This document shows positions 63,360 through 64,000 of a DNA stretch of 64,000 nucleotides, piece by piece. Position numbers and translations under genes: made by a program. This DNA comes from Squalus acanthias (taxonomy: Eukaryota). The stretch spans positions 25,544,001-25,608,000 of the forward strand of contig CM059435.1 of the NCBI GenBank assembly GCA_030390025.1. The letters run 5' to 3'. The notes beneath the pieces were generated by a model. That model ran no database searches and was not told the DNA's origin. It was given only the letters and a program-made list of their open reading frames with translations. Each line of letters starts with the position of its first letter. The stretch's first letter is position 1.

Positions 63360-63825
63360 GTGCAGTATAATTCACCAAAATCCACAGAAATATTACAATT
63401 AATTTTGAGTATATGCTATAACATAATAAACAAACCTCTGGATCACCAAGAGGCGGGTAGTATATATAACAATTTAACGTGCACCTGTCACAATCCAGAT
63501 GTTCTGTTTTGCTACAGCTTAATTCACCAACCTCTAATTTTTCTAATTGTCCTCAAGGTTTGCAGCAGTTAGACTATGTGGCTTTAAAGGGACAGACTAT
63601 TTTAAACAGTTTCACCTCAGTAACAAAAGTAATACATTGCGTGCTATCTGATATAACACTCCTATCATTATTAAACAGATATCATCTGACTTCCCATGAG
63701 CAACGCCACAGGTGATCAACTAGTATAAGTGAAATAAAACATTTAATGATAAAATTCTGGGCATTTCTTCTAAAAGTACACAGTTGTAATGCAAACTGAT
63801 GTTGTATCATTTTCTTTTATTGCAG

Positions 63826-64000
63826 GTGGAAGGCATAAAGGGCCAGATGATAGGCATTATTGGGAGGATGGAGCCAAGAATGTCAGCACTCGAAAGGACG
63901 ATTTTGTTAGCTATCAGGAATTAGTTGCCAAATCACTTCTCAACCTTGGCAAAATAGTAGACGATACCGCCATTCCTTCATTCTCAGATAAAAAACCAAG
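63826..64000 (+). CDS. MYT1: MYT1 exon (runs off the window): ..SYQELVAKSLLNLGKIVDD..
   Basis: tttcttttattgcag|GT, phase 1; conserved SLLNLG.I motif of the MYT1 family; open to the window end. Confidence 0.92.

Noticed and set aside
63110-63370. Standalone 86-aa acidic protein
   Set aside because: It is an internal MYT1 exon; the TTG start and the stop are artefacts of ignoring splicing

Overview
Eukaryotic, vertebrate genomic DNA. The repeat content (CR1/HER1-like LINE, SacSINE1-like DeuSINEs, LF-SINE-like copies, Penelope pseudo-LTRs, many PIF/Harbinger elements) points to a cartilaginous fish; this is an inference. The only host gene found is the 5' part of MYT1 (myelin transcription factor 1, CCHHC zinc finger) on the + strand. 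Its coding exons are 57179-57233, 57652-57682, 61012-61074, 63094-63359 and 63826->64000, which splice in frame with GT-AG boundaries. Candidate untranslated leader exons and neural-type regulatory motif clusters lie upstream. The first ~40 kb is a dense, nested transposon landscape, and nearly all ORFs in the supplied track are TE fragments or spurious. The most striking unannotated structure is a ~420-bp non-autonomous RTE-derived retroposon (532-951, minus strand, TSD-flanked). Its 5' end folds by hand into a complete HDV/CPEB3-like ribozyme with an atypical C1-G cleavage-site pair and a swapped G-C P1.1. Also present: a Penelope hammerhead, a Myb-retaining Harbinger deletion family flanking the MYT1 zinc-finger-1 exon, a 67-bp tandem array derived from an LF-SINE segment, a perfect 126-bp duplication and paired RE1-like sites. 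Family names come from recalled consensus features, not database searches; TE ends without a TSD are approximate.
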